DNA of 64,000 bases, from NCBI GenBank assembly GCA_905210905.1, contig CAJLYQ010000001.1:4664-68663 (forward strand). The letters are read 5' to 3'. How positions within the stretch are numbered: position 1 is the stretch's first letter; every line of letters begins with the position of its first letter. The translations under genes and the position numbers were made by a program. Under the pieces are notes generated by a model. That model was not told the DNA's origin. It did not search any database and saw nothing but the letters and a program-made list of their open reading frames with translations. The stretch comes from an uncultured Christensenella sp. GTDB lineage: Bacteria > Bacillota > Clostridia > Christensenellales > DTU072. Shown here piece by piece: positions 1-9,300 of this stretch.

Positions 1-1250
1 CTTTCGTATGCGTCGGTAAGTCCGATAAACACGAGTACGGCGTCTTTGTATGCGGACACCTTTTTCGCTTCGAGCATAAGCCTTTCGTTGTATCCGTTGC
101 CTTTAAGCGTGTATCCGGGCGCATATTCGTATTGTATGCCTTCTTCGTCGAGCGCTTGCACGAAAGAAACCGTCTTGGGCGGATTGATATGGCTGGAACC
201 TGCCCCCTGATAACGTAAATTCTTCGCAAGCGCGCCGATTACCGCAATTTTTTTGGTTTTGTCGAGCGGCAAAGCCTTGTCGACGTTTTTAAGAAGAACC
301 GCGCTCTCCGCCGCCGCTTTGCGCGCGACTTCGTGGTGTTCGTCAAGTTTTTGCGGCGCGTTTTCGACGATTTTCGACTTGCTTTCAAACGCGTATTTTA
401 TCATACGCAGAACCACGACGTCGAGTTCGCTCTCGTCGAGTTCTCCGTTTTGTACCGCTTTTATTATGTTGCGGTCGTTAAATCCTTTGTTCCCCGGCAT
501 TTCGAGATCGTTGCCGGCTTTAACCGCTTCCACGCGGTCGTTGATTGCGCCCCAGTCGCTCACGACGATACCGTCAAAACCCCACTCGTTGCGCAATACG
601 TCGGTAAGCATACGCTTGTTCTCCGACATATAAGTGCCGTTTACACGGTTGTAAGAACTCATTACCGTCTGCGGTTTGGCGCACTTTACGACGTGTTCGA
701 ACGCGCTCAGATAGATTTCTCTGAACGTTCTTTCGTCAAGACGAGTGTCGATACTCATACGAAGATGTTCCTGATTGTTGGCGCAGAAGTGCTTAAGGCT
801 GACGCCTACGTCTTCGCCCTGTACGCCGTCAACGTACGCCGCCGCCATTCTGCCGGTAAGATAAGGGTCTTCGGATAAATATTCGAAGTTTCTTCCGCAA
901 AGCGGACTCCTTTTAACGTTTATCCCCGGTCCGAGAACGGTCGCTACCTGCAACGCTTTCGCTTCTTCCGCTATCGCCTTGCCGACTTCTTTAATCAGGT
1001 CTTCGTCCCAACTGCACGCAATCGTGCTTTCCGGCGGAAAACAAGTAGCCGTTTCCGCAGGGCGCATAACGTTGGTCCCGGCACTCTGCTTTTCTTTGCG
1101 CAGTCCGTGCGGACCGTCGCTCATCCATACCGAAGGTACTCCGAGCCGCTCAACGGGTTTCGTCAGCCAAAAAGTAAGCCCCGAACAAAGCGACGCTTTC
1201 TCTTCCAACGTCATCTGTCTTAAAATCTCTACGTATTTAATATCGTCCAT
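1..1250 (-). CDS. Glycoside hydrolase family 3 (beta-glucosidase-like), N-terminal ~416 aa; the 3' end lies beyond the window start
   Basis: Absent from the supplied ORF track because there is no stop in the window. Hand translation of the minus strand from the ATG at 1250-1248 gives MDDIKYVEILRQMTLEEKASLCSGLTFWLTKPVERLGVPSVWMSDGPHGLRKEKQSAGTNVMRPAETATCFPPESTIACSWDEDLIKEVGKAIAEEAKALQVATVLGPGINVKRSPLCGRNFEYLSEDP... The frame is still open at the window edge (...VSAYKDAVLVFIGLTDAYE). SDGPHGLR and GPGxNxxRxPxxGRNFEY are classic GH3 N-domain motifs. GGAG RBS (ctcc on + strand, 1259-1262). Confidence 0.85.
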   Translation of the reverse strand, partial: MDDIKYVEILRQMTLEEKASLCSGLTFWLTKPVERLGVPSVWMSDGPHGLRKEKQSAGTNVMRPAETATCFPPESTIACSWDEDLIKEVGKAIAEEAKALQVATVLGPGINVKRSPLCGRNFEYLSEDPYLTGRMAAAYVDGVQGEDVGVSLKHFCANNQEHLRMSIDTRLDERTFREIYLSAFEHVVKCAKPQTVMSSYNRVNGTYMSENKRMLTDVLRNEWGFDGIVVSDWGAINDRVEAVKAGNDLEMPGNKGFNDRNIIKAVQNGELDESELDVVVLRMIKYAFESKSKIVENAPQKLDEHHEVARKAAAESAVLLKNVDKALPLDKTKKIAVIGALAKNLRYQGAGSSHINPPKTVSFVQALDEEGIQYEYAPGYTLKGNGYNERLMLEAKKVSAYKDAVLVFIGLTDAYE

Positions 1251-1271
1251 CTTTTTTTCTCCGTTCTTCTT

Positions 1272-1759
1272 GCAACGCCGAGCGTTGCATCTCATTACGC
1301 AATAAGTATATTGCTTATATAGGTCTATCACACGACAGCAACGTAGGACGTTGCACACCTTTACGCATTAGGTGTATTACATTTATAGGTACATCGCACG
1401 ACAAAAGCGAATTCCGTTATCCCCCTGCTGTCAACTCCGTTGACACCTTCCCCCAAGGGGAAGGCTTTATGCGGTGGTTGCAATTTGCCTGTTCGCTTTT
1501 CACCCTTCACTCTATAGGGTGGGCGGGTGGGCATACGCACTTTATCTCACGGTAAAAATTCCCGAAAAGCGGGAATTCACTTCTCGCTTTTCGCCCTTAT
1601 GGGGATCGAGCAAGGGGCAGCGCCCCTGCGAACTTCGCTTCCTAAGCAAAATGTGTCATTTTGCTTCCTTGGAAGTCCGACTTATGCGGATTAAAAATTT
1701 ATCCGCACGTCGGCAATTCTTGCCGACTGCGAGTAAATTTCCGCATAACGTTTGGTCGG
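1272..1759 (+). repeat. Mosaic palindromic-unit intergenic repeat, copy A (subfamily A/B)
   Basis: 488 nt made of consecutive short hairpins: gcaacgc-cga-gcgttgc (starts at 1272), gcaacgt-agg-acgttgc, gtcaac-tcc-gttgac, ccttcccc-caa-ggggaagg, ggggc-agc-gcccc, gcaaaatg-tgt-cattttgc, gcggat-taaaaattt-atccgc, gtcggcaa-ttc-ttgccgac. It ends ...cgcataacgtttggtcgg (1759). Long near-identical blocks recur at 2942-3370, and related blocks at 52534-53048 and 58787-59171. Confidence 0.85.
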
Positions 1760-1762
1760 TTT

Positions 1763-2854
1763 TTATAACAATAGCGTTTTATCTTCCCCCATACCCATCA
1801 TTCCGTCGAGAACGTATTTATTTCCGTCTTCGTCCATAACGTAACCGGTGAGTTCGCCGAACGCTACGAAGTAGTCGATGTTTACGATAGGTTTTGCGTG
1901 GGTGATCATACGGAAGATGTCGTAAACTTTGAAGTGAACGTCTACCATTCCGTGTTCGTCTTTAATAATCCAGTTCGCGCTGCCGTCGAAGTTTTTCGTT
2001 TCCACGTCGCGGGTAAAGGTTACGGGCGGCAGTATGCTCGTTTCGTTTTCGAACCAGATAAGGTTTTCGTTGTATTTTTCTTGGTCTATCGACTGATTGC
2101 GGGTAAGGTTAAACGCAAACCATTTCTTTTCGCCGTTGGTTTCGTTTATGCCCATCGTGGTAACCCAGTCGTAGTGCGCTCTTCTGGGGTAGTAACCTCT
2201 GTGGTCGTCTACTATCGCCGTGCTTTCTTCGTCGGTGTGGTAGGTTTCGCCGTTAAAGGTGAGCGTTCCTTCCGCGTGGAAGAAGTCTTTTTGCGAATAA
2301 AGCGGACGATGGCGTTCTTCGATCGGCGCAAAAGGTATGCTGACTACGCACGGCTTGGAAATTCTCTTGAGCGAGAACTTGTACTCGATGGAATTCGTTC
2401 CGTCGTCGTGGTGACCTTCGAGATCGCATCTGCCGTCCTGGAAATTGTTGACGTATTTTACGTGCGAGTTTTTAGTAACCGCTTTCGCTACCGAGCCGTT
2501 GATAAGGTTGGGCGCGATAACCGTGTCTTTGGATTTAAGGTTGGTGCTCCAACTATAAACCTTTTTCTTCGCCTTGTCGTAGTAAACGTTGAGCGTAAGA
2601 CCGAAAATGCCCATATCGCAAACGACGGCAAGCAAAACGCCTTGTTTCATATTAACTTCGGTGGCTTCCCATAACGTGAGTTTGTACTTCTTAAGACAAT
2701 CGGGCGCGTGCGTCGGGTTCTTAATTCCCATCAAATCCATAGTCTCAAACTCTTTGTCAAACGTGCCGAAAACACATTTTCCGTCTTTAACCATATCTTT
2801 AGGCGTAGCAACCGCTCTTCTCTTGTCGGATATAAACTTACTGTATTCTCCCAT
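1763..2854 (-). CDS. DUF2804-like hypothetical protein (363 aa)
   Basis: ORF with ATG and a GGAGG RBS (revcomp of acctcc at ~2861-2866). The C-terminal half (YDWVTTMG...FNLTRN...NENLIWFENETSILPPVTF...FGELTGYVMDEDGNKYVLDGMMGMGE) matches my recollection of the DUF2804 pattern (W.W...G...fNL...tEN.l...h.L..V.F...FG.f.G.v...G). The family assignment is from memory, not from a search. Confidence 0.6.
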   Translation of the reverse strand: MGEYSKFISDKRRAVATPKDMVKDGKCVFGTFDKEFETMDLMGIKNPTHAPDCLKKYKLTLWEATEVNMKQGVLLAVVCDMGIFGLTLNVYYDKAKKKVYSWSTNLKSKDTVIAPNLINGSVAKAVTKNSHVKYVNNFQDGRCDLEGHHDDGTNSIEYKFSLKRISKPCVVSIPFAPIEERHRPLYSQKDFFHAEGTLTFNGETYHTDEESTAIVDDHRGYYPRRAHYDWVTTMGINETNGEKKWFAFNLTRNQSIDQEKYNENLIWFENETSILPPVTFTRDVETKNFDGSANWIIKDEHGMVDVHFKVYDIFRMITHAKPIVNIDYFVAFGELTGYVMDEDGNKYVLDGMMGMGEDKTLLL

Positions 2855-2884
2855 TTTTTACCTCCGAAATAATTTTATGTTATT

Positions 2885-2913
2885 ATTTTAACTTATTTCC
2901 GATAACTTTTCAA
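2885..2913 (-). promoter_or_regulatory. Sigma-A-type promoter for the DUF2804-like gene
   Basis: Minus strand reads TTGAAA (2913-2908), a 17-nt spacer, then TAAAAT (2890-2885), about 30 nt upstream of the start codon at 2854. Confidence 0.5.
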
Positions 2914-2941
2914 GGGGGTAAAATTAAAAAAATAACGGCAA

Positions 2942-3370
2942 GCAACGTGGGACGTTGCATCCCTTTACGCATTAGGCGTATTACATTTATAGGTACATCG
3001 CACGAAAAAAGCGTATTCCGTTATCACCCCTGCTGTCAACTCTGTTGACACCTTCCCCCCAAGGGGAAGGCTTTTCGTTGCTGTCAACTTTGTTGTCACC
3101 TTCCCCCGTGGGGGAAGGCTTAGTCTGTTTCATTTTTGCGGACGTAAAGAGGCACGATATATACGACTCTTTACTCCCAAAAATTACGGGCGTGTACCGT
3201 AATTTTTGCCCGAATAGGGGGATGGTGGGGGAATCTCCCACGCCAAACTATATAGAAAGCGGAATGTGTCATTCCGCTTCCTTGGTAGTCCGACTTATGC
3301 GGATTAAAAATTTATCCGCGCGTCGGCTTTACGCCGACCGCGAGTAAATTTCCGCATAACGTTTGGTCGG
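2942..3370 (+). repeat. Mosaic palindromic-unit intergenic repeat, copy B (subfamily A/B)
   Basis: Starts with gcaacgt-ggg-acgttgc at 2942. It shares the block ...cctttacgcattaggYgtattacatttataggtacatcgcacga...ctgctgtcaactcYgttgacaccttcccc(c)caaggggaaggcttt and the terminal block aatgtgtcatt..gcttccttgg.agtccgacttatgcggattaaaaatttatccgc.cgtcggc...gccgac.gcgagtaaatttccgcataacgtttggtcgg with copy A. It ends at 3370, 7 nt from the giant-gene stop codon. Confidence 0.85.
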
Positions 3371-3377
3371 TTCTCTC

Positions 3378-6300
3378 TTATGCAACGATGTTGATATGAA
3401 CTTTCAGATTCAACACCGAGTCGCCAACCGCAACGTTGTCCAGACACAGAATGTACTTATTCGCCGTACTCGACGTATCGATATAAGTAAATCCGTTTCC
3501 GTCGCCGACGCTTATCAAATTGCCGAGTTCGTCGGTAAGGTACGCGTCTTGCCACGGCAGTACGATCGACGCTTTTTGCGTTCCCGTAACGTGTCCGCCG
3601 TCACCGAATAGCGACTTGAAGATTAAGTAGAATATCGCATTCGGCGTAGGTATTCCCAAAATCTTATCGTCTTTGTTCTTGTACCACGGGTTATTCATGA
3701 AGTATTCTACGTCCCAGTCGTACGCTACCGTAAGCAAGGGCAGGTATCTTATATCGAATTCCGAACCCTTCTTGATTCTGAGCAATACTTTTTCGCCGCT
3801 TTCGTTGCCCGTCGTACCGTACCAGTTTTCGTAAACGTTTCCGCTCGTGTTCTTCAGATTCCACAACTTATCGGCGGTTCTGTTGTAAGTGTATCCGGTG
3901 GGTACTGCGCTTACTTCGGTGTTGGAGAACGAATAGAGCATGTCGTCTTCGGACATCGAGTTATCCGGTCTGATAAGTTTGAGATTGCTCGAATTGATCT
4001 TCCAGTCGCTCTTCTCGTTAAGATACAGTTTCAGATAATCCTTAATGCTGCTCTTATACTGCTGATATTTCGATTTTTCGAAGTAGAACGGCGCGTTCTG
4101 TCCGTAAGTTGCGACGATGATCTTTCCGCCGATACCATCGAGCGTTGCCGGGTATGCCGCGCGTCCGCTTACCGACCAGGTTATCTTAGCGAGTTGGTCG
4201 TCGTTCACGGCGTACTGTTCTTTGTCGACTTCGCTGCCTTCTTCGCCTTCGGTGACGGTTCCGAGTTTATAAACCGCACTTTGCGCCACGCTGGTACTGC
4301 TCGTGCTCGTGTTCGTCTTTACGTAACGTCCGTCGCGATATACGCTGGTCGAAAGCACTCCCGTGCCGTTAGCCGCTCTCATGCCGTCCGCCTGGTTCGA
4401 GTTCAGTCTTGCTTCTCTTACCGTTCCGTTTTCCCGTTCGTAGAACACGTAGGTCATATCGTTGGCTATCGTGCTGGAAACGTTGGTGCTTTCCGCGTCG
4501 CCGTACTCGATCGGGATATAGATATTTGCAGGAGTCGTCGCTCCGCCGCCGTAACGAACCACGAGGTTTTCGGGGAGTTGATACGACTTCGTTCTGCTTA
4601 CCGAGATAAGCGAAGGAACGTTGGTAGAAATTTGTTTTCTGTCGCTTAATTGCGTGAATTCCCATGCTACCTTTTGTCCGCCTTTTCCGGCAAGGGTCAT
4701 CTTTGCGTACTGGTCTCTTTCTCCGAATCTGACTTCCCCGAAATACCACTTATTGTAGTTGTTTCTGTACGTTCCGCCACCGTAGATGTCGAGTACGTTA
4801 ATATAGTAGTTTACGCCGTTTACGTTGTAGTAAATGCGATAACCGTAGTATTTGTCGAACTTCGGTTGCAGATTGCTTGCTTCGTCGTAAACCACGGAAG
4901 TAAGCGCGGAGTTGCCGTTGTAGAAGTTCTTCGCGAGTATGTCGGCGTTCTTCGTGCCGTCAGATTCGGTAATCGCGGTCAGCGGGAACATTATGATATC
5001 TTCGGGTCCGTACTGTTCGGTCGAACGGAAGAGTACCACGGAGTTTGCCGTGCCGGCAATCAGCCACGGAACGACTTTGAAGTTAAGGCTTACCGACTGA
5101 TCGTCGATACTCATCTTGAACGTCGTCGCTCTTTCTTCGTCGTTGAAGTTTACCGTTATCTTGTTTTCGTTGCCGCCGCTCCAAAGCGCCACAAGATACT
5201 TCTCGTATTCCGCTGTTTGCGCTCCGCGGTAGTAGTGATAGTACGAATCGAGACTTCCGCCCTTTTCGCCGTTCTCCATCCACGCGTTCAACCATTCGGA
5301 GAACGACCCGTAAGCGGTGAATTCGTCCGAAACGTTTCCGCCGAAGTGGCTTAGCGCCGCCGTGAACTCGTCTTTAAGCGCTTTGCTTCCTGCGTAAATC
5401 ATTACGTAGTCGGGCATCTTGATTCCGCCGTCTTCGATGAAGTAGTACGGGCTTTCTATGGTAAATCTGCCGGTAACGGTGTCATAACTTATCATATGCA
5501 TCGTTCCGTACGACGTATCGGCGTTGCTGCCCCAAGTCGTGTCGCGGAGATAAATCTTACCGTTCGAAACGAGATAGTCGTGATGTCCGTCGCTCTTCGC
5601 GTCAATAAGACTTTCGAAGTACTTAAGCCACGCGTATCCGTAGATATCGACGGTCACGCCTTCGATTACCGTATTCGTCATATCGATTCTGTACGCGTCC
5701 GCCTGCGCCGATTTACCGTTAAATCCGTACTTCATCGTCGGTATCGCGAACGGAATGTACTGTTCTTTCGTGCTTACCTTAACGACGATTTCTTGCCGTT
5801 CGTTTCTGCCTGCGGCAAATCCGGGAACTTTCATTAAGAACTTAACGCCCGTACCGCGGTAGTTGATACCGTAGGTAGCGTCCATCTTGAATATCATCTG
5901 AACGCCGTTGTTGTACAGTTCTCCGTCCACTTCGCCGCTTATTTCTTCGCTCGTCAGAATGAACGTGACTTTGTTCTTCTTGCCGTTTACGACGACTTCG
6001 CCGATATAGTCGGTCGCGTTCTTGCCGTATACGAACCTTACGGGAGTGGTCGTACCTTTGCCGTAAACGTAGTAGACCTGACCCGCTCTGTTCTTGAACA
6101 CGCCCCTGCTTATTTCTTCGCCGATATTGAACTTACCGATGTAGTCGTAAACTTTAAGCGCTTTTTCGAGTTTGTCTTTGTCAAGGCACTTAACGGTAAG
6201 TATATCGCCGTTGTCGAGCGTAACGGTCTTGTCTGTAAGTACGCCGTCGACGAACAGGTTTGCCGTAAATCCGTTTACTATTTCGTAGTATTCGTTGCTT

Positions 6301-9300
6301 TCTTCGGCGAGTTTATGGTAATAAACGACTTCGCCGTCTGCGGTAGTGCCGTGCGGAACCGCGGTATTGACTCCCGCTATTCTCGACTTGAACTTCGCTT
6401 TGAACGGAATTCTTTGTCTGCTGAGTTCGGAGTCTTTTCCGCTGTTGGATACGATACCGTAAACGTCGAACGTACCGCCGCTCGTCTTGATCGTGATACT
6501 GCTGTCGCTGAACGTAAGTCCGACGTACTGCGTGTTAACTTGTTCGCTCAGGTCGTAACTGCTCGTCTTAAGCGTCACGTTGAGCGCTTTGTCGATAGCC
6601 GTTTCCTTAAATCTGAGCGTCGCTCCGTACTGACCGTACTTAAGGTATCCTTGTTCGTAATTGCCCGTCGCTTCGTCCTGCGCGAATCCGTCCGGATTGT
6701 TGACGTATCTTACGAACGGGTCGAACTCGAACGTGTTGGTCGAAGAGTTGTAGAACGGTGCGGTCGTGCCTTCCGCCGCGCTCGTGACGAACAGTACGCT
6801 TTCTACCGTTCTTTCAACGTAGATTACGGGTACGTCGAACGTCTGAACGCCGCCTGTCGCCTGTTCGCTTGCCGAACCGAAGGTTACGATAAGTCTGCCT
6901 ACGCCGCCGCCGTAACCGATCTGTCTGCCCGCGCCGCTGCCGGTCGCTTTCTTGAGCGTAACCGCAACTCCGCCCGCGCCGTTGCCTTTAACGGTTTCTA
7001 TCGCATAGCGGTTTACGTTTGCGTCCGCTCCGTCGTAACTAATCGTGTCGAAGGTGTGACTTACGATGTTGCTTATCGTTCCGTTATAACCTTCGCCCCA
7101 AGCGTATTTCGAGTTGTCTTTACCGATTATCGTCTTGCCGGAAACCGTTTCGTCGTAGTTGACCGTCTTGTCGAAGGATTCGATTATTCCGTAAACGTCG
7201 ATATAGTAAGCGTCTTTGTCAAGACCCTTGCCCGTTTCGTACGTCATATCGAGTATTCTTACGTCGATCGCGTCGCGGAACACTTTTTCGCTCGTCGAAG
7301 AAGGAACGTAGTCTTTGCCGTTCGTCTTAGGAGCGACTCTGAGTCCGTATGCGTCGGACGCGCCCTTTCTCGCCGCTTCGGAATCGGTTACGTCCGCTCC
7401 GACGGTAAGTTCTACCGTAACGTTTCTTCCGGTGTACAGATTGCTCTTAACCGTCGCATAACCCGTTCTCGCGTCGTAAATCTTGTAGTTGTCGCTCGTG
7501 AGCATATAGGTTATTTCGTATCCGCCTTCGCATATCGCTTTCGCGTATCTGAAGTATGTGAACGTCGCGTTGGCGTTGCCGCTTTCGTCGGTGATTTCTT
7601 CGCTGTACGTCGCGCTCGTCGCGTTGATACGGTTGTTCGATTCGAACATCGCGTTCTTGAGATTGTACGGATCGAGAAGGAGTTCGTACGTGCTGGTCGC
7701 GCCGCCGTTGAACTTGGTATAGATAAGGTCGTCTATAGCCGCGTACGTTCCTTTCGCGCCTTTCGGGTCGTAACTTACTTCGTAGTGCTTGATCGCTCTG
7801 TTGGTTACGGACACGCTTACTCTCGCCGTCTGTACGTTGACGGGGTTGCCGTCTTCGTCGACGTCTTTATAAACTTTGGCGAGAACGATGGTGTTCGTTT
7901 CTTTTTCGTCGTATTCGCCGCCGTTTATGCTCATTACGCTAAGTACCGCCGAGTAATCCCATATTACCGAAAGTTTGGTCGTTTCCGTACCGTTCTTTCT
8001 GTCGAGAAGTACTTCGATTTCGCTCGGTAAACCGTACGAAGAGTAGTCTTTTCTGCCGTTGTAGTCGACGTAAGCGTTCGTTTTGAACTCTCCCATATTT
8101 ACGAATCCGACGAACGGCTCGATTACCAGATTCTTCAATTCGTAAACGTCGAGTCCGGCGTTGCGTTCGTAAACGAGCATTTCGTTGCCGTGGTACGTGC
8201 CTGCGGCGGATATGCCCGCTTCGTCGGTGTTGACGATGCCGAGAAGCATTGCTTTTTCTATTCTTACGACAACGTCGAATTCCTGTCTTAAACTGCCTGC
8301 GCCGATGTACGCTTTAACGGTGTATTCTCCGCCGCCGGGCGTGTATTCGACGCTGCGCCTGGAGAGTTCGTCGATCGTTATGCCGTCGGCAAGACGAACG
8401 GGTTGGTTACCGCTACCGTACTGAGCGTATACCGCGTACGGGCTGTCGTCCGACGCAAAGTCGCCGAGATATACTTCTTTGTAGATATCGCCCGAAAGTT
8501 CCGTTTCGTCGCCGATAACTTCTTTACCGTCGACTACCGTTCTTTCTTTGAACACGACGGATACGATCTTTCTCGAAAGCAAGGTCGCGCTTACGGGGTA
8601 AGCCGTACGAACTTCGAAACTGTTTTGTCCGTTTGCTCCGTAAACCACCGTGCTACCCACGTTGAAGTAGATTTCGTGCGTCGCTTCGGCAAATCCGCTT
8701 GCGTTGTAAGCGTCGTAGTCGATATTGCCGTCGTCTATCTTAATGCTTACTTTTCTCTGCTTGCCTGCCTGAATTACTTCGCCGTCGAAGATTACGTCGC
8801 TCGTGATAAGCACTTCGGTGTACTTCGCCTTGATAGCGTCCATACTCATTCCGCTCGCCTGTTCCGCGTTGCCGTTCGAATTGTACGGGTCTACGGTAAC
8901 CGCGTCGGGAAGGTCGCCTAGTTTAACGCCGTCTTTTTCGTCTATCGACGTGATGATTTCCTGCGCTATCTTAAGGGTAACTTCGTCCGTTCTGTAACCG
9001 AAGGTTCTGTTGCCGATAAGTGCGAGCGCGGTAGGTCTCTTGCCGTTTGCCGCAAGTCCGGTGTAGTCGTATTCGTCGATGTTGCTCCATACGACGTCGA
9101 GCGTTACTTTTTCGGTTACGCTTTCGTCTACTACGACCGTAACGACCGCCTTGTCGGGCATTATCGAAGTAAGATCGTCGTACGCCGACGCGATAACTTT
9201 GTCGAAGTCGACGAGTTTGTCGCCGTTGTAGTACTCGATACCCGTTATTTCGGTAAAGCGTCTTATCGTAGAATTGTAAATTCTTACTTTAACGGTTTGT

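Noticed and set aside
1474-1839. ORFs called inside the repeat elements (1474-1839 +, 2987-3241 -, 3045-3347 +, 52668-52955 -, 59096-59287 +, and the tail of 979-1305 +) that share peptide strings such as MCH.ASL.VRLMRIKNLSARR and PSPWGEG.
   Set aside because: The similarity is at nucleotide level and the sequence is a chain of palindromes with compensatory stem changes. There are no RBSs and the frames are inconsistent between copies. They are better explained as structured non-coding repeats.
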